DNA of 63,766 nt, the filler included, from Octopus bimaculoides (Eukaryota): assembly GCF_001194135.2 (NCBI RefSeq). It is 5 parts of 5 records of this genome, joined end to end, with 100 filler letters (N's around TTAATTAATTAA, not from the genome) between each part and the next. Parts side by side here need not be neighbours in the genome. Positions count along the whole stretch, not along the records: positions 17,626 to 41,497 come from NC_068988.1; 4 more parts are not named here. One strand, given 5' to 3'. The position numbers were made by a program, and so were the translations under genes. Shown here in pieces: positions 27,557 to 41,322 of the stretch. Under the pieces are notes generated by a model. It had not been told where the DNA came from and searched no databases. It worked only from the letters and a program-made list of their open reading frames with translations. Each line of letters begins with the position of its first letter. Position 1 is the stretch's first letter.

Positions 27557-28617
27557 TCCCACACACGCACTCACTAACACAAACACACAGAGACTCGCAC
27601 GCACTTTTGTGTATAATACGTGTGTGTAAATATATACACTAGAGTATACATATACACTGCAAATAGTATGTATTTTATGATATATTTCAGTATTTTCTCA
27701 TTAAATTATACAAGTAGTTGACAGCTTTCATTTAGTGAATATGACAATCTCAGACGCTGTATAGAATCAGATATCTATAATCATAAATCTTGAGAAAATG
27801 CAAATATGAGATGGTAAATTTATTTCTTATATCAATTGATTATTTACTATATATGCTCTCATTCCACGATATCTGTCATGCTAAAATTATTGACAACACT
27901 CCAGATAATTACATTTCAAACATTCTGCCTGTCTGACTCTCTATATCTCTGTCTGTCTGTCTGTCTATCACACACACACACACACACTCTCTCTCTCTCT
28001 TTCTCTCTCTCTCTCTTTCTCTCTCTCCCTATTGTCTCTCTGTCTGTCTCTCTGTCACTATCTGACTGTCTTTCTCACTCTCTCTCCCGGTCTATCTGTC
28101 AATTTATCTATCTACCCCACCACCATCATAGTGTTAAGCGCTATTATTATTTATACATATGTCTATGAGAAAACTTGCATAAAAACACAGAAGCAGATTC
28201 ACAAACAAAAATATACATAAATTAATAAATGTTTGTGGTGCAAGCTATGGATTCATAGAATCTTGTGGCAAAAAAAGAAAGCTCATCTAATGGACCCGGC
28301 TACCACACATCGTAGTAATCCAATACGGAGGATTAAATTGTAGATAACTATGCAGTTAAAATCCAATGGATTCAAAGTATGAAATTATTTCACGAACAGT
28401 ATATAGATCATAAAATGAAGAAGTTTGAGAGGTGAATATAGTCATTAAACCAATTGATATCCTTATCATGACGTCCGTTTCACTGCCTCTAACATATAAT
28501 AAAAATTTTCAGTGTATAATAAATTATTTTCGGAATGTACTGCTTCTATTAGCAGAAACAACTGTAAAACAATGACGGTTATTGCGTAATTTACGTTTCT
28601 ATCATTCCATTGATATA

Positions 28618-28870
28618 TATCAGGTCATCCCATAAGTTCTGTCCGATTTTACCTTTTTTTAAAAATTGAATGAAATGTAATAGTATTTTAGAATGTCTAA
28701 TTGAATTAAAAATTATTTTTATGCATTTGTGTACATTTAAAATAATTAAATATTATTTTACAGAATCATAAATTAAAAATTTCTTTGATTAAAACCCTTT
28801 CTAACATGGAAGTATCCAAAGAGCATTTGAGGCACATAATGCTTTATGAGTACAAAACAAGAAACTCTGC
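28618..28870 (+). mobile_element. Mariner 5' end: TIR plus first codons of transposase
   Basis: TATCAGGTCATCCCATAAGTTCTGTCCG TIR-like start; ATG at 28806 gives MEVSKEHLRHIMLYEYKTRNSA (mariner N-terminal HTH). Confidence 0.75.
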
Positions 28871-29891
28871 AGTGTGTGTATTTTGCACGCTCGTCTGTGT
28901 GTCAGTATAGGTGTGCGTACACGGTTTCAATATAGTTGATGCTCCAGTCAAACTGATGAAATTCTTTTTTCACTTTTGTTTGTTACTCTAATTTTCTGTT
29001 GGTTTAGAATTACATTAATGCGTATATCAACAAAACGAAAACAGATACATCCAAATCTTATGTTCAAATAGTGAGTCATTAAAAAATACGTTGGTTGCTG
29101 CAAAATACAATGAGTGTGGAACTTATGTTTTGATTGGACAAAAAACAATGCTTTCCTCTTTTGTTGGTGTTCTTTAGGGGAATACATTTATGACGTCTTT
29201 GTTTTTTGTTCGTTATAATAACTTGATCGCTTGTTTATGGACAAATTGCAAATAAAAAATAATTCAAATAAAAAATAATTCATACACAAATGGTCACGGA
29301 ATACATTGAAATCAACACCGAGGAAAAGTTGAATATATTAAATATATAGAAAGAAAAAGATAAACAGAAAGATACATATGCAGAGAACAAATGTATTTAA
29401 AATTGGTGCAGTATATATNNNNNNNNNNNNNNNNNNNNNNNNNNNNNNNNNNNNNNNNNNNNNNNNNNNNNNNNNNNNNNNNNNNNNNNNNNNNNNNNNN
29501 NNNNNNNNNNNNNNNNNNNNNNNNNNNNNNNNNNNNNNNNNNNNNNNNNNNNNNNNNNNNNNNNNNNNNNNNNNNNNNNNNNNNNNNNNNNNNNNNNNNN
29601 NNNNNNNNNNNNNNNNNNNNNNNNNNNNNNNNNNNNNNNNNNNNNNNNNNNNNNNNNNNNNNNNNNNNNNNNNNNNNNNNNNNNNNNNNNNNNNNNNNNN
29701 NNNNNNNNNNNNNNNNNNNNNNNNNNNNNNNNNNNNNNNNNGGATCATTCGTAGAGACTGAAGTAAAAGAGAGTACATTTATAAAACGTTATTCATTTGA
29801 GGAGAACACAATAGTTTAGAATACTCTCTTGTTTGGCGCAATGTGTCTAAAGACAGCTATTAAGAGATAATGAGGTTACATCAGCATTTAC

Positions 29892-29892
<1 letters not shown>

Positions 29893-29955
<63 letters not shown>

Positions 29956-30072
29956 CAACAACAAAAACAACAACAAAAATAATGACCAGTAAATAGCTGT
30001 CACTTTAAGTCCGCTAGCTGTGGAAAGCTGACAGTTTTCATTATACCCAGCAAAATAAGCTGTTATAAAATA

Positions 30073-30139
<67 letters not shown>

Positions 30140-30152
30140 TAATAATAATATC
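29893..30152. repeat. Two (AAT)n tracts
   Basis: Directly visible at about 29893-29960 and 30069-30150. Confidence 0.9.
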
Positions 30153-30704
30153 GATCTAGGTGTCGGGAATATGTGTAGCAAGAGATGAAAACAAAATTGA
30201 GTGTAGAATAAAAATAAAAATAATAATATTGTAAAAGTGCATGACAATAATTTTTAAATAATATTTATAAGTATTACGGAAAATCTTCATAAATCATTCA
30301 TAATAAAAAATATTGCAAATATATTTTAACATATGTGTAGAAATGTACACCATTAATAAGAAAAACATGGTTTGTTGTTGGTCAATAGTTGGCCTAACTC
30401 GGCTTAAATTATGATCTTAGTTGCAATATGAATTGTTTTAGTTTTTCACATAATGTCAAATTGGTTACCATCTCAAGGTTTATGGGATGTAACAGAAGAA
30501 ATTACAAATTTTACAATATAAAGAAATGTAATGAAATGTAATATATGATACAGAATAAAATGGTAACTATAAAAGGCAATATTGAATATTTTAAAGTAAA
30601 CAGCGATATTGTTCAGTTTAAATATTAGATAATAGTCTCATATATCCTGTAAAAAAATGTAACATTATCGTTATATGTAAGTAATTGCAAACAAAAGCAG
30701 ATAT

Positions 30705-30742
<38 letters not shown>

Positions 30743-30778
30743 ACACACGCACGCACACACACACGCACACACACACAC

Positions 30779-30809
<31 letters not shown>

Positions 30810-31434
30810 GCCCTCTTTTTATTTCTCTGTGTTTCTTCCCCTCCGTCTCTGAATCTCTCTTACTGATGGGATATATATTTTTGAATATCAAAACTGAGAA
30901 GGAATCACTGAATAAAACCATGGTCTTCTGGTGGAAGAAGCTGTGAAACCAACATTCTAATTCATGTCAATGTTGTATCCGTTCCTCTAATTGATGCTGT
31001 TCCAAAGCCGGAATGAAAATCAAATCACCTCTGTGTAAATTGCGAGTAGCATACAATAACTAAATTTATTAATTTCTTAGAAGGGAAAACGTGCATTAAC
31101 TACAGTGTGAAAAAGAATGACTTGGCCTGATTATATTGCTCAACAAAATTGATTACAAATTTGATCTTACAAGAGAGTGAGTATAAGTTAATGAGAATAC
31201 GAAGTGGGATAAATTTCAGAGTGATATTGGGCGGGGTTACGTGAATATTTCCGCCCCAGAGAGAAGATACTGAAGACTAGAAACGTAACGAAATTTATAT
31301 ATCTGTGGAATAAAAAAAAAAGCTATTTTCCTTTTTATTTAGCGTATTTAGACATAAAGTTCGCACATTGATCTTGTATTTATCGCCAATTTCTCAATAC
31401 AGTGAGTGAAAATAGTTTTCATTTAAAATCGTGT

Positions 31435-31622
31435 TCTACATACGAGCTGAGATCCCCTTCGGTCACGACTGACCATGGGATTGCACCTAGAAAGTTACCC
31501 TCCCAGGCACAAGTCCGGGCAAGGTTGTGTTTATAGAAGACCAGCAGTTGCCCATGCATACCGGTCTCCCCTCTCCACCCCACCAGCTTGGCACCTCTGA
31601 CGTCGCAACTCATTTCTACAGC
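31435..31622 (-). mobile_element. Interspersed repeat, probable 3' portion of SINE family D
   Basis: GC-rich block ending caactcatttctacagc, the complement of a cagctg..aatgagt junction like that at 39355-39375; assignment is inferred. Confidence 0.5.
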
Positions 31623-31632
31623 CAAATATATA

Positions 31633-31795
31633 TACGACGGACTTTTTTCAGTTTCCACCTACCAAATCTACTGACAAGGCTTTGGTGGGCCCGAGGCTAT
31701 AGTAGAAGACAGCTGCCCAAGGTGCCACGCAGTGGAACTGAAGCCGGAACCATGTGGTTGGTCTGCAAGCAACATGCTACACAACCACTCCTGTA
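31633..31795 (-). mobile_element. tRNA-derived SINE family B, 5' part
   Basis: Reverse complement of the 55984-56153 copy. Confidence 0.88.
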
Positions 31796-33579
31796 TATTC
31801 CTTCCTTCATTTATTCAAACATTCATCTATTATTTCATGATCTATGCATTATTGAGCGTTTATTCAGTATCTCATTCAGTATCTCCATCCAATCTGTGAC
31901 ATATTCAATCGTTAATTCTAATCCCTTCCATCAAACTCCATCTCATTTATGGCTATATTGCTAAAAAACTATTGAGTAAAATATATGGTTCATGTACAGC
32001 GATGTTAAGTGCGTATGATTTACGTATAATTATTTTACTATTTTAATGTCAATCCAAGCTGGTATTTTTTTATGTTTCATGAAAACGTACCACATATAAC
32101 ATTACGTCAAGGTGTGTTATGATGAAAGAATCCCGCCCCCTACCTTTTCGAAGAATAACTGTAATCAGAATAGCCTGTTGAGAATCTCAGCTCGAGTAAT
32201 TATGTTTGAGTAACCCCAGTTTCCACATAATTCGGTTTCGAGCTGAACAAATAATTTATTTATACTTTAACTTGAATATTGGTTACACTTCTTCTCATTC
32301 GCTACCATTTTACTGGATGTGCTTTCAACGAATTCCATATGACTGAGTGCTGTAATCTATTAGAGTACAAGACACAGATATTACGGACAGATATACAATC
32401 ATTTGTTCTGTGAAAATTAATGGCAATCCCACAGAAGGTTGTACATGAAGCGACTTACCGAAAACATGGAAACATACAAAGAATAATGAATAATAAAGGC
32501 TTTAGCTTCGATAAATGCATATCAAATTCAGCTGCCGATAAGTTTCTTTTCAAGTTAAATAAGAATGCTGTTTTTATCAATGACCTGAAAGGGGTCTGAA
32601 TAATCTGATAAAAATGTGTAGTTAAAGAATCGAAGCAATAGTTTGCAGAATTAATTAACAGCGCATCTGAATCCCTTCCAAAATTTGAGAAATTATTTGT
32701 GAAGTGAGATGATGAAATAATTGAATACGTGACTGGAAATAATACAACAGATTACAAAATAATATAACTACACATGCCAAAGTCTAGTCTTAAACCTGTG
32801 AATAACGAGGGGTAAGTTGAAACCATACAATTCAAATTAGAACGCTTAGCATAACAAACTCAATGATCCTATAAATGCTTCCGCACGCAGCCACAAATGC
32901 AGGCATTTAAACCCCATGATCAGATGCCGATATATTGTTAGTAAATGCAGAGAAGGAAAGCTTTAATAACTTATGTAATATATCGCATATAAAAGTAATC
33001 TAATGAAAATATAGCGGTGATACTATTAAGTAGTTTAACTATGTCAATAAAATAGAAGCTAAGTTTTGATTTATCCAATTTGCTATAGAGAAGTCTTAAT
33101 TGGCGATTTCTAGAAATCTTTCCACGCAATTCTCAAGTTCCTCAAATTATATGTGACTGTAACAAGTCTGACATTAGTACAACTATGAACATCACGAAAT
33201 TTTCGTTACTTTCCACAGTTCTTATTGGATTAAACAAAATTTCTCAGAAACATTTTGCCATGAGAATGGAGAATTTGACAGGGCATATCTTGGGGACAGG
33301 TTTATTTTGCAGACACTCCAAAATATAATAGGAATGAACATGTTATGTATCATAGAGAACCGACATACTAAATGCAGTCAATAATAAGAATGAATATGGC
33401 ATAGGATTAGAAAGAAATGTTGTTAGAATATGTGACCAAATATGCAATAATATAATTACTGATCTACAAAATAGCAACTTATTTAGATACCGCCACGACA
33501 AACAACACCATATCTGCATGAGGAGAGAGATTTCATGCAGTAATGCTTTATACCACTCATCATCTACACGCCTTCTAAT

Positions 33580-33865
33580 TACGTGGTCTGATCAATAAGT
33601 ATCCGGACTGTTGCCATAGTAATGAAGCTAAAAGCGCAGAGTGAAACCGCTTGGCAAAGATTGACTTTGAACTCTGTTGTGCATGTGCACTAAGTTTTAA
33701 CGCTCTAGCTTTCTTCCGCTGTTTACAGCAATCTTTGGAATGGACGTGTGTAGCGTGTGATCGTCTCATTGACCATGGCACAGAAAGTTGAGCAAGGAAT
33801 CTGCATCAAGTTTTGCCAAAAGCTTCCCGATACCTGCTCAGAGTCCTACACAAAGTTTTCAATAC
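33580..33865 (+). mobile_element. Mariner (irritans-like) 5' end: TIR plus first codons
   Basis: TACGTGGTCTGATCAATAAGTATCCGGACTG TIR-like start; ATG at 33775 gives MAQKVEQGICIKFCQKL (cf. EQRICIKFC). Confidence 0.78.
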
Positions 33866-34013
33866 GTTTTCATCTTTAAGGGTTGTGAATCCAACCCACT
33901 AAGGGATGATATCTATCCAATATACTGCCGGAAGGATACCCAATTATTATTACAGTAGTGCTTTCACGAAGTGCAATAAATGGGTGCGGGAAAAGGAAAT
34001 TTTACCCTTAATT

Positions 34014-34351
34014 TATATAGCAATAATTAAATGGAAGGGGAATATGTGGTATTCATCAACTTGCAGACATTGTATAATGTCAATTTACCTGTTTATTTTT
34101 CAACTAAGAGGAAAATAAAAACAATATACAAACACATATGACATATGTCATATCGGTAATTAAGAATTAAAAAGGACATCTAGTCACTAGAAGTCCTTTT
34201 TAATTTTTGATTACTGATATGACATAATATGTCAGATGTGTTTCTATAGTGCTATTATTGTCCTCTTAGTTGAAAAATAAACAGGTAAATTGGCATAATA
34301 CAATGTCTGCAAGTTGATGGAAACCACATATTCCCCTCCATTTTCTTATTG

Positions 34352-34359
<8 letters not shown>
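34014..34359. mobile_element. About 345-bp palindromic fold-back (MITE-like) element in TA context
   Basis: 34014-34184 and 34186-34359 are reverse complements with scattered mismatches and a 3-bp indel; 1-nt centre (ctagt-c-actag). Confidence 0.88.
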
Positions 34360-34389
<30 letters not shown>

Positions 34390-34391
<2 letters not shown>

Positions 34392-34540
34392 GATGGGCTT
34401 CTTTCAGTTCCAAATCCACTCACAAGTCGTTGGTTGGTCTGAGGACGTAGTAGAAGACACTTGCCCAAGGTACCATACAGCGGGGCTGAACCCAGACCCA
34501 TATGATTGAGAAGACCCATATAACCACACCTGTGCCTATA
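34390..34540 (-). mobile_element. SINE family B, 5' part, decayed
   Basis: gggcttctttcagtt..aaatccactcacaag..gtagtagaagacacttgcccaagg. Confidence 0.8.
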
Positions 34541-35699
34541 TATATATATATGTATATTTTTATATATATCAAATAATGCTGCTTGTCACTTATCCGCAAT
34601 TTGTATCATAGTACTGGGCCCTAATAAGTATTCGTCCATTTTACGCAGTCGAAATATATTTGAAGGAATGGTTCGTGTGCTTCAAGATCTACATTCACGT
34701 CTGACAACGTCTTTGCTTCTAATGCTCTTCTATGAAGCATATGTTTTAATACTCATATCTTTTTTGAACAGAGTCTTCTTGCCTCACTAAGAAACCGTTA
34801 AGATATCAAGTAGCATTAGTAGCAAAGATGGCTGTTTGCTGCGTTGTATAACCCTCATAATTATCTAATCATTTCCGCCAGGCCTTTTTAATAGATTTAA
34901 TTATACAAACAAAAAATATAATATTAAAAATGAATTACACATAAATTAATCAAAACAATTATGAGTTAATATTTTTCTTTGCATTTTGATTAAACTGCTT
35001 CTGGATTCAAAGCATTATATTGCCAAATATCCATCATATCGTCGATAAAAATTAATTCCAACCATAAATAACGGAGCACTGAATATTAGATTCAAATTTT
35101 GAACTAATTTTCAGGCATATTAATATTGATCCAATTACGTTCAGCATCAAAATACCTGATGCAGAACGTGCCTGTAAAATTTTCTATTTATTAAGTCATC
35201 TCTTTATTAAATATTCTCTTTTATTATCCCGTTAAACTTTCACCATGGTATGTAATTGATTCTCAGACGATTTAGGAATTTATACAAGAGTTGCATAATG
35301 TTATTTTTCCTACAGCAGTTGCATGTTTATATATTATGTATATTTAAATATGTATATTGTTTATAAAAGAATGTGATCTATTTCTCCAAAGTTCCTATAT
35401 AATTATATAATTGTGTTCGAAAATATCAAATGATACAAATGAAATGATTTTGAGGTAGTCCTTTGATACGTTTAAAAATGACCGAATTATTTCTGCATTT
35501 TTTTACTCTGAAGAATTTCGTAATTCATCCGTAATATAAAAGACAGGCTTCCTGAATATTCTCACGAAGTTTCTAGAAAGATCGAAACAGGATAAGCTTT
35601 CTATTTCAATCGACGTCATCTATCATGAAAATGCCTCCGATTACAAAGTTCCCTTCGCGGGCAGTGCGGTGTTACAGATTCTGGAGACGGAAGGAGTGG

Positions 35700-36250
35700 A
35701 GACAGAACACGCTAAATTTCTATGGGAGGTGCAATCGAGATTGAACACCAATGTAAATCATCTGTGAAATCCCATATGAACATCAGTCCAAAGCTTTTCG
35801 CCGCATGTCTTGAAATATCAATCAGAAAGGGAAGTCAACAACGGTGGACTAATAGCATATCTCCGATCATAGCCATCATTGTAGTGCTCATCTTAGAAAC
35901 CATATATCATCTACGAGCCATGCTGACAAATCTAGACACCTTCCACGTAGTAGTAGGCCTCAATCTAAACTGCACGAAAACAAAATTCATACGATCCGAA
36001 AAAATAGCACAAGGCTGAATAATAGTCGGATTTAGAGAAATTGAGGATACAAGAACATTGAACTACTGCGTCGAGTATGAGCAGTTTGAAAGGTTGTTTG
36101 CCTCGATTAAGCATTTAGTAGGAACACACCGGGCAAGACTCTGCGTACATGTCTCTTCAGTTGCACCGTCTCACGTGCATTTTTACACGGAAGTAAAACA
36201 TAATTGGTACGAAGACGGGAAACTAATAGCGGCGGATAACAAAAAGGTCC
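35700..36250 (+). mobile_element. RTE-clade LINE RT fragment, decayed
   Basis: ISPKLFAACLE..LRAMLTNLD..VGLNLNCTKTKFIRS..FASIKHL..RARL follow RTE RT motif order. Confidence 0.6.
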
Positions 36251-38733
36251 AGGAAAATATCCATGCTAGAAATATTATTGTGGGAGCCAATACGAAATGA
36301 GTTAATTCAAAATCAGTGTAATGCTATGAATGTGATTGGAAAATATGAAAAGTACGTGTTTTGCTGTGCCACACACACATCACAAGACTCCAAGACACGT
36401 AGACCCATACATTGTCGAAAAGTACAAAAGTGATTAGGAATGGGCCAGTGAGAAACCTGTTGCTTCACAATGAACATAGTGAAAAAACTTTGGCCCTAAT
36501 CGAAAAGTAGGACACGATCGAAGGAAGAATAGAATTGCATTTTGAATATCGATGCATATTGACATTTGGTGGTCTGGTCGAATAAAGAACAAAGAGGTCG
36601 GAATTTTAGTTTCCTTCACTTGTACATTTGGGAGATGGATGTTTCATCTTTGTAGAGAAAAATGATTGGGGCAAATACGAATTATATTTCATGCGTCATA
36701 TTCTATCTTCAAACGATCTAAAGGCATTCCATCATTGATCATCGTTTTGGAAGTTTCTTTTTTCTTTTTCGTTTTCTTCTTCGGATACCGTATAACCCGA
36801 ATCATATAATCTAGTTGAATTTTCTTCTTAAATTTAAAATTTTCATAATTGGAAGATCTGACAGACGTTTTTTGAAGGCAAACCACGACTACTAAAGCCC
36901 TAAGTTTATTGTTTTTGTAAGCATTTATGGCTTAGAAATACGGACACACGTCTTACATGTTATGATTTCTAACGAAAATATTTGCTGTAGCGTATGTATA
37001 TTATGACTTGCAGAGTATACTATAAATAATACACATAGAGGCGTTTATGTAAATGTATAAATGATGAGGGAAGAATAAATAGATCCCAGTACAAAATATT
37101 AGACCTGGTCTTTGATTAGTGTCCGAGTATGGTTCTATCATTCATATATAATTTTGATAATGAAGAATTCATAAGAATGTATAGTATGTAGTTCAATCAA
37201 CCGAATTTGTCCCAGCATATATTTGCATTGTATTTATGTCTACCGGTCAAATGGGTGAATTGAACAGAGTGGAACTTGAATCACATTACTTAGTGGGAAA
37301 AAGCCCGAAACCAACTTTAGAGTACTAGTCTACAACCCGAAATTTTCTCAACAATAACTTGCCCTCATATCAGTTTATTGTTTTCACAAGGAATGCGATG
37401 TAAAATAGATACGCTTGATTATGATATGCCAATTGTTTCAGTGGGAGAAGTTTTTTTCTATTTTGACGCAATCGTAAGACACGTAGTTAGATTACGCAAT
37501 AGAAGTCTATAGATTACTCTGGAAGTCATTTTTCAGTTGTCTCACACGTTTGCCTGATGAATTTGGGAGATACATAGTGTAATGCTAATCTAAATAAATG
37601 TATTATGCTTACTAAAATCTTCGAATAAAACAATTGTAATCGAAACTGAAAACCTATTCCTCTATTCGTATAATTGTTGTATTGTCCCACTTACGGTTCC
37701 ACTCTTCGTCGATACTTCGTAATATTATTGGATTTGTGGATTACCTAACAACAAGGAATGCAATTTATCGATACCTTCTATGCTTCGATAACGGATCGCT
37801 TCAGTGTATGCTCTGCGTAATTCTGTGTAGCCAATTAATGGCGTGTTTGACTTCGATATGCCTCTATAATTTACGGAACCATTGTAATCGGAGTTATAAT
37901 ACATACGCATCCACACACACACACACACACACACACTCTCACACACACAGACATATCTTCATATATATATATATAACTACATGCTCATGCATATAAAATG
38001 CAATATGATATCATATATATACATACATATGCGTGTATATGACTAAGTGTTCGTGAATAAACGTTGGCAAGGCTGCTACTCTAAATATATAGTAGACTGG
38101 TTCTATCCAAATTAGAATATTGATGTTTAAAATAGTTCAAACTCATTTGCATAATAATTCAGAAAATTTTCAAGCACTGAAATAAAATTTTCCATATGCA
38201 GCATTTTCGTAGACTTGGCAGTCGTCCAGTTAATAATGCGATTAACTATTTTATAAACATTTCTGACAATTTTAGGATAATCTTTTTAGGCGAGACTATG
38301 TAGAGGTTTTAGATTCTGTGTAAAAAAAAAAAAAAAATTATCGCATGAAATTTTTTGACGTATTTTCTCTCGTTAATGTGACTTAAGATATCTGTCAGTA
38401 TGTGTTACTATAAAGAATATTTTTTTAATATATTATCTGTCACAGTGTGTCTCAGAAATATTCAGTATACATACCACGTATCTCTATGTTTCTCTCACTG
38501 ACAAATTTAATATATATTTTAATGAATATATATTTTTAATGCAGTTCTACCGCAAGACACCGCTTTCACACAAAGTGTTCAAATGGTGGAATNNNNNNNN
38601 NNNNNNNNNNNNNNNNNNNNNNNNNNNNNNNNNNNNNNNNNNNNNNNNNNNNNNNNNNNNNNNNNNNNNNNNNNNNNNNNNNNNNNNNNNNNNNNNNNNN
38701 NNNNNNNNNNNNNNNNNNNNNNNNNNNNNNNNN

Positions 38734-38773
<40 letters not shown>

Positions 38774-39244
38774 AATCTGTTTAGCGATGACTGTCGGAAA
38801 GAAAATGTATACTGGATGCCATACTACAGGTTAATAATATTTTATTTTGTTTGAGTTAGTCGCTTACAGCTCTGAGTTTCACGTGTGAGCGCACGTTAAG
38901 ATTGAAGAAATAATGGAATTTTTGCATTGTATTTCTGTCGTTGGATAGCGGAAGGAAAATATGTGAAAGGAAAGAACGAAAAGGAGGATAAGAAAGCACG
39001 AAAAAATAATAAGAAATAAGAGGAAATAGAAAGGAAAGTAAAGAAGAAGACAAAGCAGAATAAACGAAAAAGAGAAAAAATATAAGGAGTAAGAAAAAGA
39101 AGAGAAACAGAAAGGCATGTTTTGATTGGGTGGGCGGGTTCTAGAATACACAAGGAATTTAAGGGGTGAATTCGATATAAAATATTGCAGATGCGATGAA
39201 TGGACTTACAATTAGTGTGGGAGATTTTGTTGGTATGTGAAGAT

Positions 39245-39470
39245 GTGTGCCTCAGTGTTTAAGGTATTGGATCATGAACGTAATATTGTAATTTCGATTC
39301 CTGGATCTGGCGAGGTGTTGAACAAACACTTCATTTCACGTTGCTCCAGTCCACTCAGCTGGCAAAAATGAGTAATCCTGCGACAGACGGGCGTCCCGTC
39401 AAGGTGGGGAATATATATACGTCATTGAGAACGCGGGAAACCGGTCCTCATGAGCCTGGCATGGCTCGAG
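39245..39470 (+). mobile_element. SINE family D variant, decayed
   Basis: tRNA-like head remnant (ttcgattcc), then cacttcatttcacgttgctccagtccactcagc shared with the 17626 copy. Confidence 0.7.
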
Positions 39471-39659
39471 AGTGTGCATTTGAAAGTGGGAATACATGAT
39501 GAATGCATAAATAAAATGACAAGGAAAATAAGTCTGGCCGTTTTTAAGGGTAAATGAAAAGTCAAGAAGAGTGCAATTTCTGTTCATAAGATTTTGTTTT
39601 CTTTGCTTTCCAGCCATAGTTTGATATATTTACTGTTGTAGATGGTTTAGAAGATGTTG

Positions 39660-40215
39660 TCTGAGAGATATACGACATCCAATGCTCAACTTCACTGTTC
39701 CCAAGCCCTTATTTCCTTCGCCTTTTATAAATTAGAGCCTGTCTATATTGTTTGTGTAGTTTCATCTGTTATCAGGTCCTTGCAAGTTTTTGTGGGATTT
39801 CCTCTACAGACCAATTAGGTGTCCGAAATGTTGGTATCAGCAGCGGTACTATAAATGTATTCTGAGATATTGACGTGTTAGAGGAGAGCTCCACCTGTCA
39901 TATTTCTCGAAGTCTGGTGTACCATACTCCGGACCTTCGTATGATCAATTTTTAATGCCTATGTATAAATACTATCTTTATGTGGAAGAACAGAGATGAG
40001 ACGATTGTTGATGCGCAGATTCCGGCTTCGGGTGAGTGATTTCCCACGTTCAGTAATCAAATACGAACACTTCATTGGGCCAAATTCCGCTTATCTCAGC
40101 TGAAAATATTGTTATTAACTCCAGCTATATCTTTCTTCATTGATACCACTTTCATTGCAGACGTTCAGGACATCCACAAAAGATTACGAGTTCCATTGTT
40201 ATCCCTTGCAGTTTC
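39660..40215 (-). mobile_element. R4/Dong-clade RT fragment, decayed
   Basis: EFGPMKCSYLITERGK, FIVPLLIPTF..NWSVEEI, IDRL*FIKGEGNKGL. Confidence 0.72.
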
Positions 40216-41254
40216 AAATGCATTGTAGAGGAAAACAACAAAATAATTAATGACAAAATAAACAAAATACACTGTCCCCTTGGAAAATGTCCTTTAAGAT
40301 ATTCATAACTTGAAAATTATTGCTCTGATCTGAAGCGGATTGTTAGCCAGGTCATTGTGAGTCTTTACATAGCAGCGACAGTTTTTCTGAGTGAGGAGTC
40401 TAGTGGATCCACAATAAAAGAGCAAATCACTAATTAAAATTTCGATACTGGAATGGAGGCATGACAATGTAAGTGGTAAGCTCTCTGAACATATGCTGCT
40501 AGACGTGTCTGTCGTTTCCTAATCGCTGCACCAGCATGAATTGAAAACCACAATCGTACTGCTCATGTCCAAGGGAAAAATCAAGGCATGGCTTCGAAAC
40601 CAATTGAACCTTTCTGGTATGTATTTTGATGGTATATTATGGATGGAGCTATGCATTATCAAAGCACACACACATACACTCGCGCGCGCGCACACACATA
40701 CATATATATATCTGTCTGCTGAAGATTCAAGATGGAACACCCACTCTCATTCCTTCAGGAATTCCTGAGTTTAGTCAGACAGAAACCGTTAATATTGCTT
40801 TTAAACAGGGCGACATCAGGTTAAGAGAAAAGGGCGGCTGGAGATTCCAGTGATTGATGCTCTGGTGAAAAGAATTGGAAAGACTGGTAGGTTTCGAAAA
40901 AGTGTCGGTGAACGAAGGAAATCTGCCATGCATTGGCGCATTGGAAAATAGAGGAAAATGCGGTGGGTGCATGTGTGCTGAAGTTACGAGAGCATCTAAC
41001 TCCGAGTAAGGAAGGCCATTATAGTAGTGGGAGAATGGATAAATACCACCATATTGCTCTATATAGGCTGCACTGTATCAGTGTGTGCTGGTGCGCCAAT
41101 GTGCGAGTTGGCACCACTGTTGAAATGTAGAGGAATTACTCACTAGATTCTTCTAAAGATTCAACAGTCGATGAGGGCGAAATGCCTTGTGCATATGAAG
41201 AAGGTAACATTTGTGATATCCTTCTAGGAATTTTACTGATGTATTTGCATGAGG

Positions 41255-41322
41255 AATTTTGGGGTTAGTAGCCCGCGCTCTTAACCACTACGCCATATGC
41301 CCGTGGGCGTATGGCGTGGTAA
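41255..41322 (-). mobile_element. tRNA-like head fragment with a head-to-head inverted partial copy
   Basis: Reverse complement gggcatatggcgtagtggttaagagcgcgggctactaacccc: A-box TGGCGTAGTGG and 7-nt loop CTACTAA; arms 41281-41302 and 41305-41322. Confidence 0.65.

Noticed and set aside
38145-38160. ATTTGCATAATAAT resembling an Oct-Sox composite site
   Set aside because: Imperfect single match in very AT-rich DNA; expected by chance.
40535-40616. + strand exon candidate, with similar small candidates near 525-622, 12844-12883, 26505-26608 and 60102-60170
   Set aside because: Plausible splice dinucleotides but no recognisable homology or mutually compatible chain; cannot be told from chance without RNA data.
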